Below, in pieces: positions 48,905 through 63,500 of a stretch of 64,000 nucleotides of DNA. The stretch's first letter is position 1. Every line of letters starts with the position of its first letter. A model generated the notes under the pieces. That model had not been told where the DNA came from, searched no databases, and was given only the letters and a program-made list of their open reading frames with translations. Source of the DNA: Azolla caroliniana (taxonomy: Eukaryota; Plantae; Polypodiophyta); contig JBHGNT010000012.1 of NCBI GenBank assembly GCA_043228905.1, forward strand, positions 7,068,001 through 7,132,000, written 5' to 3'. Made by a program: the position numbers and the translations under genes.

Positions 48905-51900
48905 TGTCGTGTTGTTACCACGGGGGTCTTGAACCAAGGAGCGAGAGAGAGAGAGAGAGAGAGAGAGTTGTAGATACGTGAAGCGAGAAGGAGAGATATA
49001 GAACGTGGCACTCGATTTCAATAACAAGAGTTTACAACGACAAGAGAATACAAGAGAATACGACTCTGACGGTTACAACCGGCAAGGCGGCGATGGACCC
49101 GACACGGGGATCCTACTCACACACACATACAGCACTCGCTCGACTCCCAAAAACAAAACAAAAAAAAGGGGGGAGAGCCTCTGCTGGAAGCACATGGGTT
49201 GTCCACGAAGCAGAGGCAGCGAGCTTCCGCCACAGAGACTGACGGCCGGAGGAGAAGAGAGAGCTTGGCACCCAGATCTGCAGCAGCACTTCATCCTCCC
49301 TAGCGTGCTATATCCCTGTTCCTTCCTCCTCTCTCTCCTTAAATAGTTCCCCAAAAGGGGGTGCCCCCTTTTCCTTAGCCAAACTGCTTTATTCCCTGTC
49401 CGTGTCGACAAAGATACGCACAAAATCCCCTAATAAATGTGCATTACCTAGTATTTACACCAGTCGCCTTAATTACAAATTATGTACAATATTTCAATCC
49501 TCGCGTCCACCCGTGTAAGAGCCGGTTCATGTGCCTTTTTCTTCGATTCCGCCTATGGCCGGTTTTCTTCACGACATACACCCCCACCAAACCGCGCCTC
49601 CACCGGCATGCGCTAGAGATGGGTAGACACCGAAGAAAACCGGCTTCACTTGTCGTTCTCCGATTCTCCGTCGGACCCGAACTGATCGTCATCGTTACTC
49701 TCGCTCGCCGGCTCTGGCTCGTCTTCGAACCGCTTCTTGAACTCTTTGATCCACTTCCCGGCCACCGGCACCACTAACTGTGTACCGTTGAGTTCCGCGA
49801 GGTGGTACGTGTTGTTGTCGTTCCCGCTCATCACCGTATAGGGTCCGAACCATCTCCTAGCGAACTTTCGCACCGCCTTGTGCTGATTGTCGAGGTTGTT
49901 GTCGTATACCAAGACCCAATCGCCTTCCTCGATCTTCTTTGGTCGCAACCAGTGCGTCCGGTTGAACCGGGTCTTGTTCTGCTCCCTTGCCGCTCGCAGC
50001 TTTTCCTTCGCCTGTATCACGTCCTCCAGCCTCCGCTCGAGTTGCCAAATCCGCGCCGCCAGCAACTCCTCCCGACTCATTTCGTCCTTCCAATCTACCG
50101 CCGCCCATGAAGAAACCGTCTGTTCCACCGGCATGATCAGCTTCTGTCCGTACATCAACTCTGCCGGCATAAACCCTGTCACCGAACTGTGTGTAGTTCG
50201 GTCCGCCCATAGTGCGTAAGGAAGGAGTCGCGGCCAATTCCCGACCTGCCCTCCGCATGCACACACCAACGCCTTTACGATCGGCCCGTGCCCACGTTCC
50301 ACCTTTCCGTTCGCCTCCGGATTGTACGACGTAGTGAGGGAGAGTTTGACGCCTAGCCGGTTGAACAGCTCCTCAGCCTCCCGCGCATCCAGCTCTCCCC
50401 GGTCCGCCACGATCCTCCCAACGCACCCGTACCGACACACTACTTCTTCGATCAGGAACCGGAATACCGCCGTCATTGTCTTGCTTTGCAGTGCACTGCC
50501 TTCCACCTGGTTCGTTAAGTCTTCCCGTGCAAGCACCAGGTATTGCATCTGTCCTACCCCCATCGGCATCGTCACCAAGTCTACCATCCACTTGAAATGG
50601 ACCGTAGGCGGGTAGGTCAGGTGTAGCTCGTCCCGGTGTCGGACTACGGAGTGCATCTGATAGCTTTCGCAAGTCGTTACGAACCGATGCACGTCCTGGT
50701 ACAGCCGCGGCCACTAGTACTTCTCCTTCAGCTTTTCGAACGTGGCCCACGTTCCGCGATGTCCGGCCCAGGGTCTCTCGTGAAATGCCGCCAGTAATTT
50801 CCCCTGTTCTTCTTTCTTTGCCACTACTTGGAGTGGGATGCCGCTCCTCTTCTTTGGGTGCCTCCATATGCACCCGTCCCACAGGAAGAATCGGTACACC
50901 TTCTTCCGTACCCGGTTCGCCTCCTCTCTCGCCCATGCTGCGTCCGGCGTCATCGTCCGTAGGAACCTCCCGATTTGGAGCCACTCCCCATCGTACCTAC
51001 TTTCGTCAAATTCGTTAAGCGCCGGAGTGTCGCTTTTCCTCGTCGTTACGTTAGCCGACCCGAAGAAGTCCTCGCCGACTTCTTCGTCATCCGAAACCAT
51101 GTCGTCTTCGTCGTTGAACCTTGCCCTCGAAAGCATGTCGGCCATGGCGTTGTCCTTCCCTAAGATGTGTCGTATCTCTGGGTTCATGGACTTAATGTAC
51201 GCTATCCACCAGAGCATTGCTAGGTCCGGCTTCGCGCATCCGGAAATCATGCCGAGTATCGGCAGGCAGTCCGTCTCGATGATCACCTCCGTCCCGATCA
51301 GATAATCCTTGTCGGCCTTGATTGTCGAACGACACCCCAAAGCTCGCGCTTAACTTGGGTGTATCCTCGCTGCCGCTCGCTCAATACCTTTGCCCCGAAC
51401 CGGATCGGGAATCGTACGCTGCCCTTGTCCTCCTGACTGATTACCCACCTGATCCCGGTCGGGCTGGTGTCCACCCTCACGCAGATGGGAACATCCTTTC
51501 CGTAAACCGCTTTACGGAGAGCCGGCGCTACCGTAAGCGCCTCCTTTAGTCTCCGTACTGACTCCGTGTGCTCCGTTCTCCACTCAAAGCTATGCCCCTT
51601 TTTCAATAGTCCGTAGAGGGGTTCCGCAACATGTGTGTAGTGCGGGATCCAAATGTGGTAGAACGCGCATGCTCCCAAGAATCTGCAAACCTTCGTGACC
51701 GAATTGCAGTCATGCTTCATCGCGGAGATGGCTTCCACCTTGGCCAGAGACAGTTTCTGACCGTATGGTCCGCATAGGTGCCCGACGACCATGATCTCTG
51801 ATTGCCCGAAGGCCGACTTTTCCCCGGAGAAGGTGAGCCTCGCGCCTTCTAGTCTCTGCAGCACCTTCTCGCAGTCATCGATGTGGGACGCCACGAAATT

Positions 51901-54900
51901 CCGACATCCGTCCGGCCCGATTGCCTCGTCCTTTTTCTCCACCGGGCATCCCCTGATCGGGATGTCGTCTAAGAATGGCATGGTGATGTCCGGGATACAA
52001 TCCCTGAGCACTTTGTTCATTGCGTTCACCATGTGAGCCACTAAGTTCGTCCCTCCTTGTGGCAGGGTACACATCCGCACTAGGCTGAGAGGAGTCCGCA
52101 TCGTCGTAATGTCTCTACTCTGCACGGCTAGTTGGAACTGACCGACAGAATAGATCGACCTTCCAGTGAAGGCCTCCGCGAACTCGTCTATGGTCGGTCC
52201 GATTCCTGCATTACGGATGGTCACCTTGTTGACCGGTTGCAGGTCATGAATGAAGTGCAGCGTGTCGTTCTTCTTCGGCACCGTAAACCACCGATTCGAA
52301 TACGGGGCACTCGACGGTTCGAGGATGCCCATCTCCACCTTTTGCTTCAGGAGCTCCATCAACTTCAGGATGTGAGCTCTCGGCACCGGAATCGGCTTGA
52401 GATTCCACGGTACATGCGGTACCGTGAAGATCACCATCGGTTCGACAACTATCAGGTCTACGCACCCGATCTCCTCCAGTGAGAATGCGAAAGCCTTCCC
52501 GTGCCTCCCGAGCATTCTCCAAAACCGGTCCTCCTCCGTCGGTAGTAGAAAGCCGCCCCCACCGACCTTGAGCTCCCGTAGCGTTATGTCGGTGAACCAG
52601 TGCCCTATGCCAGCCGGATTCCGTAAACTTGGGTCCGACACGGCCCCTTTTATCCGCTCCTCGCTGCCCTTCGGCAAGGGTGCCGCGACTGGCCTCACCT
52701 TCCGGTCCACAGTCTTGTACTTTGTATCCACGCGGGCCATCCGATCCGACCCGATCCTTTCCCCGAAGTCCGCGATGACTTCGTACATTCCCATTGACGC
52801 TACCGGAACGGTCCGGTCTTCTCTAAGGTCTTCACCGATCACCTTTCGCAGTTCGCCCAAGGTGTCGTCAAAAGAGACCGCCTCCATGGCACCGCTGATG
52901 TCTTCGTCGGGGAAGAGGACTCCACATCCTCTGAGCCGCTCCTCCGCTCGCTTCCTCTCCCGGCCGCTGACGCCGGTTATAGTACAACCTCCGTTGTTGG
53001 AGAACCAAAATTTCCTACTTATGGTACAGGTCTTCTTCTGTATTGTACATTTGTGGGGTTCTTCCCGGGTGTCCGAACTATCGCGGCCCCACGCCTTGAT
53101 AGCCCTCTCTAAAAATCCCCTCGGGTTTCGCCGCCGAGGGCCTCAGGGTTACGCTCGTGGTTTGGTCGCACCGTTAGGAACTGGACTGAGCGACGCCCGT
53201 CCTGGCTCTTGACTGTTGCATAAGCTGAACCGTTATCCAACACCTTGGTCTCCATCCGTGCCGCCGTGATATATGGCTCTCCTAGTATAACCGGATGTGA
53301 GGATGTCTCCTGCACGAAGAAGTGTTGGTCGATCTCGACACCGCCGATTTTCACCCGCACGTTCGGACAGGCCCCATGTAGTTCTTCCGTGGCGCACGTC
53401 GTTGCCCGTATCTTCCAGCCGTGCTTGGTGTTGATCGGCCATTTACCCTTCTTGTAGAAATCCATGGACATCAGGTTGATTTCGGATCCATGGTCTACCA
53501 ACGCCACCACCAGTTCCAGAACGTTGCCGATCCGTACAGGGGTTTCCGTAGTTGCCCTGGCCCAATGCGGCTTCGTGTAGTGGCTTCCCACCAACTCGTC
53601 TTCCAGGGCTTCGTCTTCCAAGTGCGTGGTCCACACCTCCACCGGCTTCACCGGTTCCGGCTCCGTCGAGAGCCTCTTCCGCTTCACCAAGTCTACGATA
53701 GAGTCGTGGAACTCCCTCTTGGCGATTCCCAGCACCTCCTGCAATGACAGCTCCACTTTGCTGTCGAGGATACGTTCCTTCAGGACCTTTCGCAAGTCTA
53801 TGGTCCTTTCGATCTCGATGCTCAACCGAAACCCCGCCTGCTTCTTTCCGTCCGGCGCGCCTGGGTTGCCGGCACCGGTCAGTTTCGGTCCGAACCGGGT
53901 CTCATACCTCTACAGGGGGCCAACCCCTCCGGCCTTTCCTGCCCATTTGTCCTCCACCAGAACCTCATAGTTCTGGCAAGCGGCTTCTACGAAGCCCGTT
54001 TTCTCTTCGACCGGATCGTCCCAACAGGTGACCTCCTAGACCCACTGTTCCGCGCGGTCCGCCTCTTCCTTCTTCAGCCGAACTCCGAAGAGTCCTTCTA
54101 GCACTAGCGGCCAGAATCCGGAGTCCTTCACCTTCCGGGTCTCATCACCCCCAACCCGAATTCCCGCCGACACCGAGTAGTTGACGACTTCAATGTGTCG
54201 TGCCGCGGCCTCTTCCATCAACCTCTTCATTCCACCGCACCCCGTATTCAGTTCTAGGGCTCTCCGGGTCTCACTCACGTGCACCCGCCCGTTCCAGAGG
54301 TACACCACATTGGTCCTGAGCGCGTCGGCGAAATCCGCGCAATCCTTTCGAATGTGACCGATCGCCTCACACCACATGCACCGCTGCCCAGCCGGCGGCC
54401 TCCAGTCGCGAGGTTGTTCGCCACTGTCTCTCCGGACCTGTGCGATCTACAAGTCACGCACCATCTATGTCAGCTCCTCTAGAGCCGCTCCTTTGGATGG
54501 GCCTCTGACCACGTCGTTCGATGCCGACCCCGACTCTAGCCAGATTCGGATCTCTTCCTTCCTATCGGCCGGCACCGATACCGGCTCCTCGAGCCTCCTC
54601 CCCGGGACCGGCCCCGGCCTCGACGAGCTTCCGTCACTTCAATCGCATCGTTTGTCGAAACGGCTGCAAACCCGTTTTACCACGGCCCAGTCTGCCGTGA
54701 GCCCTTCATCTGTTTCCAATAGGGGACCCACCTTTTCCCTGTCGAGCGCGTCCACCGACTTGACAAACAATAGTACTCGACTTGTTTCGAGCACCGTCCG
54801 GTCCAGCGTTGACAGCCGCGCGAACCGTTTTTCGAACTCCTGGAGGAGCACCGACGTGTTCCTCCCCTTTCCGAGGCTTTCCACCCACGCCATGAAGTCC

Positions 54901-55329
54901 CGCCTCGACAGCCGAAGCGAGTCGTCAAACCCGTACTTCTCGAGGAGCTGCAACTCGAACTCCTCCCAAGTCTGGCATCCAGCCAGCACCTCGAGCACCT
55001 CCGCGTGGATGCCCGGCGTCACCACCCGAGGGAATCCGGGCAGCCGCTTGTCCACCGGGATATCCCTCATGATCATTTCGGCCCGGTAAGCCTCCAAATA
55101 ACTTGTGGCATCTTTCCCTCCGAAACGGCCTATAGAGCCGACGATCAATTCAATGGCTCTATCGAGGGTACCCGTCCCCTCACGAGCGCTCACCAGCCGG
55201 TCGACGGCTACCGCCATTGCCTCTGCTAGCTCCGATCCTCTCATCTTTCGACTCCTTTGTTGCCCCGTTCAAGTCAGGTTACGCGCGTGCGTGTAGAAGG
55301 GGCGGGACCACGAGGGTCTTGAACCAAGG

Positions 55330-55363
<34 letters not shown>

Positions 55364-55962
55364 GTAGATACGCGAAGCGAGAAGGAGAGATATAGAACGT
55401 GGCACTCGATTTCAATAACAAGAGTTTACAACAACAAGAGAATACAACTCTGACGGTTACAACCGGCAAGGCGGCGATGGACCCGACACGAGGATCCTAC
55501 TCACACACACAAACAGCACTCGCTCGACTCCCAAAAACAAAACAAAAAAAAGGGGGGAGAGCCTCTGCTGGAAGCACACGGGCTGTCCACGAAGCAGAGG
55601 CAGCGAGCTTCCGACCCACAGAGACTGACGGCCGGAGGAGAAGAGAGAGCTTGGCAACTAGATCTGCAACAGCACTTCGTCCTCCCTAGCGCGCTATATC
55701 CCTGTTCCTTCCTCCTCTCTCTCCTTAAATAGTTCCCCAAAAGGGGGTGCCCCCTTTTCCTTAGCCAAACTGCTTTATTCCCTGTCCGTGTCGACAAAGA
55801 TACGCACAAAATCCCCTAATAAATGTGCATTACCTAGTATTTACACCAGTCGCCTTAATTACGAATTATGTACAATATTTCAATCCTCGCGTCCACCCGT
55901 GTAAGAGCCGGTTCATGCGCCTTTTTCTTCGATTCCGCCTATGGCCGGTTTTCTTCACGACA
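48905..55962 (-). mobile_element. Near full-length Ylt1-like (fungal-type) Ty3/gypsy, defective
   Basis: TGTCGTG...CACGACA termini; TSD ACGT; LTRs 48905-49576 and ~55307-55962; gag (CMWCEAIGHIRKDC), PR (VDHGSEINLM), RT (SSAPYSNRWFTVPKKN...FLDD), RH and INT. Stops and frameshifts present. Confidence 0.92.
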
Positions 55963-56529
55963 ACGTATTTAGATATTTTGATCGTAAACTAAAACTTGAC
56001 TTAGAGAAGTGCATGAAGTGTTACTTATACTACAACATTTTAGATTGGGTGGCTCTAGTGGATTGATCCATTTATGTCAAGTATAAATTTGCCATATTTC
56101 TTGGCATATTATTTCTTGGCATATTATTTTACCATAAATGTTATTCATTGCGTAACAAAGACATCATAGTCCCAAATATATGTTACAGTTGTCTACTAGT
56201 TAAATTGTCTTACTAGTATACTCCATGTCGTACATGATTATGTTAGTGAAATTTCATGATTATACAAATGTGAGGCATTGAGTTTTATAAGTAAACTTAA
56301 ACATTTGTACTTAAATGAGGCTTTAAAGTTTGACTTTTGCTTGTTTGATTGTTCTTAGTGTAAATGAATAAGATCAGAAAACAAATATGATTAGCTATCA
56401 TGAAATTCACACCAACATTTTTAAAAAAGCGTAGATCTAAGGAACTAATTCATTCTCTCTTCCTTTTAATCTAATATTATGGACATATTTTTTTCCAAAA
56501 TGAAGCTACTTTCCCATTAGTTAGGAAAG

Positions 56530-57990
56530 ATTATTACAAAGAGATTGTACAAGGAGGCTTATACACAAATTGGGGAATCTCCCTCTGATCAAGTTCAAGA
56601 AAATGAGACTACTTACATAGCCTTTTGGACTGACTACTTAAGGTACGTAGATACCTATAGCTAAAAACGGTGCCCTTCAGTGTTAGCTAGTACAAGCCAA
56701 CTCTTGGGGTCTACTACGAAGGGAGGGTAGCAAGTGAGTCGGAAACAGCCACCGTGGGGGCTGGTAGTTCCACCTTGGGCCACTTCCTCCTTGTGTCACG
56801 ATAGGCGTGTTTCGTCACTTCTGCCAACAGTGCAAACGGGTAGTGACCACGTCATTGGAATGGCTGGAAACCTCGTCCAATTGCCCTCGTAGATAACTGA
56901 TAGGCGCAAACCATATGTCCATGACCACTTCCTCCGAGGACCGTACCAGATCTTGGAAGACCTTTAGGCAACGCGGTTTCCATACATACCACAGGGTGAA
57001 GCCTGCGATCAGCATCCAAATTTCCGGGAACCTAGGGGATGCGGACTGCAAGCCTCTCTCAAGAAGGATCTTGACGATTTTGCCTCTCGTGCATACGTAG
57101 CACCAACTATCTGCATTGAAGGCGTCTATCCACCTATCAATGGACTGATCAATCCATGTCGCAGCACTCCACGATGTTGTTCCTTCCGCTTCACATGCTG
57201 CAAGGAGGCGAGTCACTCTATCCCATACCTTTTGAGCTTGAGGGCAATCCCACATACAATGTCTCTGAGTCTCAATAGGTGAAGGGCAAAGTGGGCAACC
57301 TAACAGACCGCCACGTTTACCTAGCCATTCGCCAACGGGAACCACATTTTGACTGATCTGCCACCAAAAGAGCTTGATCTTTTCAGGCATGTGGAGACGT
57401 CAAAGACCCTTCCAAAAGGTAATGAACACCTCATCAGGGATGCCCAATGTTTGCCGGTCATTGCGTAAGGGGCCGTCTAGTTGTAGTTGTAAAGTCCGGC
57501 CCAATTTAGTGTTATACTCGAAGAAATGGCGGAATCCCCTGGATCCCATTCTAGCTCGACGAGGGGACGACAATTGTATGCCCATAACTTCCAATGGGGT
57601 GGTTCCACCTTAGCAACATCCGGGGCTGTCTTCCAAATGTTATCAACCTGCACCACCATTCGGATTGGGTGCCAAGAGCCCCTACTCTAACTTTCCCCAA
57701 AATTTGTATCTCTTCCCGATCCGCTCACACCCTTCAGCAACTTAACCATTCCAGCCTCATCAAAGAGACCGAACCATGCATCATCTCTCACCTCCCCCAT
57801 CGACACCCTATCAACTGCCCCAGCTATCAATCTCCGCATTTTCATGGCCCCCTTGAGGGGAGGGAACGGGACCTCCTAGGCTATTCCTGAAGCCATCGTG
57901 CTTCTCCAATCATCTCTAGAGTGGAGCCCTGACTGCGCCAGCTTTCCCCATGCTAGGCCCTTAAGTTGCCCTAACATCATGTCGTCACAT
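56530..57990 (-). mobile_element. L1-like LINE 3' fragment (zf-RVT region)
   Basis: KIKLFWWQI...CPLCPSPIETQRHCMWDC...LWYVWK.RC..VF. Boundaries are approximate. Confidence 0.85.
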
Positions 57991-59800
57991 GTTTGCACAT
58001 GAGGGTTCCAAAATAATGGTTGTCTTATTATGGACATATTCTTCAAAACTTCATTATTTATCATATGGTGGTTACTCGCACATAGAAGTTCACATATATC
58101 ACTTGTTACTAATTGATCGTCTTGTAATGGGAATGTGTTTACATATTGAAATTGCTTTAATAAGATAAGAATAGACCCCTTCAATGGCCCAAGACTTTAA
58201 CCATATCCCAATCAAGATGAAAACTTATTGTTACACCAACAAACATCCCTTTGCAAAATTACAAGTTCTCCTACCAATTCATCCTACTACCATCATTTCT
58301 TTCCTATGAGCAATAAGCATCTCCACCTTTTTTTGAATCACAATCTCCTAGAGGAGTTTACATGTCTCAAATAAAGTAGGAAACAAGATAGTCCTTTTGG
58401 TCAAGCAACACTCATATGTCATAATGTTGCAAGAAACCATAATATTAACAATAGGGTTCTATGCCCTACAATGTTTACTGGTACATATTCAAAGGACAAT
58501 AGCACAAAATGACTTGGGCAAAGCCGCATGGGAAACTACAAAAGTAAATTGATTTCACCAAGTTGGGTCAAAGACATGGAGAAATGATTTGTAGAAATGC
58601 ATGTTGAAGAATATTTGGAAACCTCAAAACTAAATATAAAATAAGAGCATAGATCTAAATTTGTATACTACTAAAACCCCATAAATACTCAATGCATAAG
58701 GGGTGGCTAGACAATGGCTAAAATATTGATGTGGACACCCACATTCAAGATGATATTACTAGGATATCATTGAATATTCGACAAAAAAGATGATATTCGC
58801 CAACATTACATCAACGTACCAAAAGCTAAAAAACATCATACTAGAAAATATGAGGACATTCACCATTACTTTAAAATATTCCTATAAGCACAATGTTCTA
58901 CCTTCCAAGATCTTCAAATGAGGACAGAATCATTTCTGAGCATATTGGGCATGCTTTTTCTTCATCTACTTGACAACTAACCAAAAATTAATGGCACTTC
59001 TAAACAAATCCTTATTTTCATTTCGGATTTCATTTTTCTTTTTGCTCTTCTATCCTAAAATCCCTCATCAAAATTATTAGAAAAAGTGCATTTTAACAAA
59101 TTGATCGCCCCATGAGTCATGGTGACCTCCAATGAATGTAAAATACAAGTACCAAAAAGTCCAAGGTTGTTAGTTTGCCTTAAAATCAACACTCCCAATA
59201 TCATATCACCTTCCCTATCCAATGGCTTGTTTTTCCTTCCTATTCTCCAATGGCAAATTACTAAATAGAAGAAGCTATACATATAGTTCCCACCATGCTC
59301 ATGGACTCTCATGGAAAAGCCGTCATCTATCACAAACCTCCAAATGAAAGGCCTTCATCTATGTCCACGTTTTCCCCTTCTTTCCTATGTCTTGTGCAAA
59401 GAGACTCCTTGAAATCTACAAGAAGATACATATCCTCTTTTTGAATCCATGGTCAAACAATATAGTCTCACATTTCAACCAAAAAATTTCTTGCAATGAT
59501 TGAAGCCCATTCAATTACTTTATATTCCATGGGGTAATAGAACATGGCTATAAGATGATTATTCCACCCACTTGATGCGGTGACCAAATTTAAACTCAAG
59601 GAAGTGCTTGATGGGCATAAGCATCAAATAAAGTGTGATAAAAACATCTAGTAGACGATCATTCATAATGCCCCTTTCAAGCTCAAACCATGGGAGCATG
59701 CGATTATATAGTCAATGCACTCCATGCCTTTCTTTACTCCAATAAACCATGGAATGCCTTCCCATGTCACAACTTAGAAATATATGGAACACCCAATGCC
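57990..59800 (-). pseudogene. Possible very old LINE RT relic
   Basis: Faint ordered motif traces (DGFS; AINLLK; VDEEKA..LG). Heavily decayed. Confidence 0.35.
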
Positions 59801-60541
59801 TCACCATTTCTGTCAACAAGGCTTGAGAACAAATTGAGTTACATTGTGTCTCCCACTTTTCATGAATGCTATTAAACATATTGCATTTGGTTCACTTTTC
59901 ATAGCCAAGAAGCACAATTACACAATTGAAAAACTTAATATTTTATCAATATAAGAAAAATAGAAAGTCAAATGTTACTAACAATATAATTCAACACTAC
60001 TTTTGTCATAACTATAAAATATTCAAACGACTGAATGAATTGAATTTTAGGAATGCGTGATCAGCTCACTATCATGCAACAACCAATTCATGTCAACATC
60101 ATAATGTTCAGTTGATAATGCATTGAGATTGTCATTCCTTGTACTTCAATTTTTCGAAAAATTACCCCCAGAAACATCAATTCCAAAGATACATATGTAT
60201 TTTAATTATTCTGCAGCAGCTCATCTTCAGATTGACAAAATTGTGCAGGCTTACATATACAAATTGAGAATTTGAGATGACTATAAACACCCTGGAATCA
60301 TTATTGAGTGTATCTTTTAAGAAAGTGCCGACTCAATCGGCATGTAGCTATACAAAAATGTATACAATGCAACGCAAGTCAAAAGACCAATTTCCAAGGG
60401 TACTACCCACACAGCCTAGAAGGTAATACCATAAAGGTGTTTGAATTGCAGCATTTTGGTGAAACACTGGCATGTAAGTGTTTGATGACCACACTTAAAT
60501 GATGTACTTATACTTTGAGCTTTTGAATGTGCAACTATAAT

Positions 60542-63500
60542 TCACAAATGCTTCACACTGTACAAGTGAATGGAACCATCATCTGATGCAGTGGCCATAT
60601 CCGAGAATGAACCATTTTGGCTGGGACATATAGATATACAATTGATGGCCTCTGTATGGTCTTGAAGAAATGGCTCTTCCTCTATGGTTCCAGAGAGATC
60701 AAGCTGGATAAGGGTCGTATATAAGCTACCATCAACACTGTAAAAATTAAGGTGTGTGAGAAACTAACAAGAATATGTAACATTACTGGTTAGAAATTAA
60801 AATGTCAATAGCAGCCATGCAGTGGTCAATTATGAACTTGGTGAACAGTCTCCTTTTGTTGTTGGGGGTAAAAAGAAGGGCATCCTGTGATTTAAGCATC
60901 TAATTATTCATATGACCCTCTAATTTAAGCAATAACAGTGTTCCATAATTGGCTTTTTTTATATGATTTTCCACATTAAATGCCTTTTGTGGTATCATTT
61001 CATACTGCCCCCACAAGGTTCAATTTTTCTTCTCCACAAAAATCACAGAAATACAGCCCACACTGAATCTTATAGCACCTACTCCCCAATGGTAAAGAGG
61101 TCACTACATGATTTATTTCAACTTATTTGAGCCAACATTGCATGTAAAGGTGTGTAAATGCTCTCTCAACAAAGACATGTCACTTACCACCCAGCCAAAA
61201 GCGTGTCACCAGTTATTGCAGTGCATTTTATTTCCGTTCCACAGTCATATCTTGTGAGGGATGACCCGTTCTTTCTCGCCTGAAAATGGCAGTCAAGGAA
61301 AGAATTTTAAGGAAAAATGAATAAAGAATTGCATAGATGAAAATGGCAAACAAAACAGAATTGCGAGGGGTCAAAAATGGTGACGAATGAGCTGATGTCT
61401 TGTTAACATGGGTAATGTTTTAGCACCACTCTAAATAGATAGATATATGTCGGCATTTCTAGGTGCATTTGGGACAGATACCCAGCACGTGTTCAGATGA
61501 GATGCTATTATGCTTTAAAGAAATGCAAAAATACTTTAGCATGAATCCAGGAAAATATCAGAAAACACGAACCACTCTTGCATATGGACATTAAAGGCTC
61601 TGAATTTCTGGCAAGAATTTTCTTAGCTGTAAGGGCTGTAGCATGAAGAAAGAGGATCAAAGTTTGCTATAGCGAAAGAGAGGTGGCATTTGGGACGGAT
61701 ACCCAGCACGTGTTCAGATGAGATGCTATTTTGCTTTAAAGAAATGCAAGAATACTTTAGCATGAATCAAGGAAAACATCAGAAAACACGAATCACTCTG
61801 GCATTAGGACATTAAAGGCTCTGAATTTCTGGCAAGAATTTTCTTAGCTGTAAGGGCTGTAGCATGAAGAAAGAGGATCAAAGTTTGCTATAGCGAAAGA
61901 GAAGTGGCAAAGTGACATATGAAACTATGTGGAAACCCCCCAATCTGACAAAAACATGGTGAGATTCATCTTAAACAAGGTTCAACGTAATCCAAACAGT
62001 TTAGGTACCAATGAAGGCCTCCAATTGTGCATATTTTCTACAGAACTGACCTGGCTTCCAAATATTTCCAACACTTCTTTTCATATGTTGTATATAAAAA
62101 CGAATTATAATGAATTTTTTATGCCTCAGAACTTGCTAATTTGGAAAAAGACATTCAACAGCAAAGATGCCTCAAAATGGTAAAATTGAATTGATAAAGA
62201 CTTACGTCAAGCAAATGGATATTGCCTTCTTCAGAAGCAACTACAATTTTCGGACTGTTTCTAACCAGTTGAATACCAACAGCAGATCCTTTTAGTGCCC
62301 CACGTTTCTGCCATACGACATTATTGGGATTTCTGATATCCCATGCGAAAATGCTCCCTGTAAAACCAGCAGACAAAGCAACAGCCTATTCATGAAATTT
62401 AATGCAAGCAGAAAACTCTGATACTCCTTAAAAAGCATGAAATCTGAATGATTAGCAGATACCCAATCTTCATGAGAATATAATTATTCATCATGTGCTC
62501 AAAGTGTACCACGTTAGCAGAAATGCAAAATATGTATGAGATTTTAACGGTTACCATCCTGATCTCCAGAAACAACAAGATAGCCTCCCTCTTCAACATC
62601 AAAGGAAGATACAGCTCCTTCATGCTCAACAAACTGGGTCTCAGGTACACGCGCTGCCAAAATTCAACAGTTTTCAAAAGACTTCACGATACTTGCTTGC
62701 ATTACTTTCCAGATATGCTAAGCCATACCAGGCCCACTAACTGTGTTCATGGAAGAACTTGTCATCCAGCCACCTTTTCCTTCTTCCATTGTCCAAACTT
62801 TTATAGTTGAATCTAAAGATGCTGTAATGAGCCTCTGAAGGCTATGGTGAACTAATTTAACACATGTCACAGTATCTTCATGCACCCGCATCTGTTTTTC
62901 AAACCTTCAAATGATTAGTGTGCGCACATTAATATGTAAATGATATTCAGGAATCAAAACTGTCTGATCAAGTTCTTAATTGACATTATGAAAGTTCTCA
63001 TTACATTGGGAAATACTCTAGAATGCATGACTACAAATGAGATGCCCCCTAGGAGTAGGAAAAGCAACTGATTACTGCCAATATAGAAATACAGGTAATA
63101 ACGTCAATAAAAAACCATATGAAAGTCACATATGGGAGTAATCCTCCATGCAGGAGAGATTTGTACTAGTTTTCATACCTCTATTGTCTCATATTTTGTC
63201 AGACATGTACCTTTTTTGTTTGGCATTTCTCAGTTGTTTTTTGGGTCTAACATCTTTTTCAGTAGCCTCGGTTTATGAAACATTTTATCCTAAGTTGGAA
63301 AACATTCCTAGATTGTGAGACATCCCATCATTGTATGAAATGACAGGTTGGGCTTAGTGTGTGGTGATCAAGATATGTGATCCAGTCATGTATTATAATA
63401 TATGGGCTTTCTGATTGGCCCTGATTATTTTAGTTGCTTTGGTCTTCCTTCGTACCATATTTAGCTAGTGTTCTACTGAGGCACATGCTTGTAAATGAGT

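Noticed and set aside
49340-49576. tRNA-like cassette in the 48905-55962 LTRs
   Set aside because: Only a weak TTCAATCC and no properly spaced A-box. Not counted, which shows the cassette is not universal in this lineage.
54376-55089. Long plus-strand ORFs (also 52397-53212) opposite the Ylt1-like gag-pol
   Set aside because: Antisense shadows.
62358-62385. Alternative acceptor at 62386 for the WD40 exon
   Set aside because: Phase-incompatible with the upstream donor; the acceptor at 62358 gives the in-frame DG-SIFAWD.
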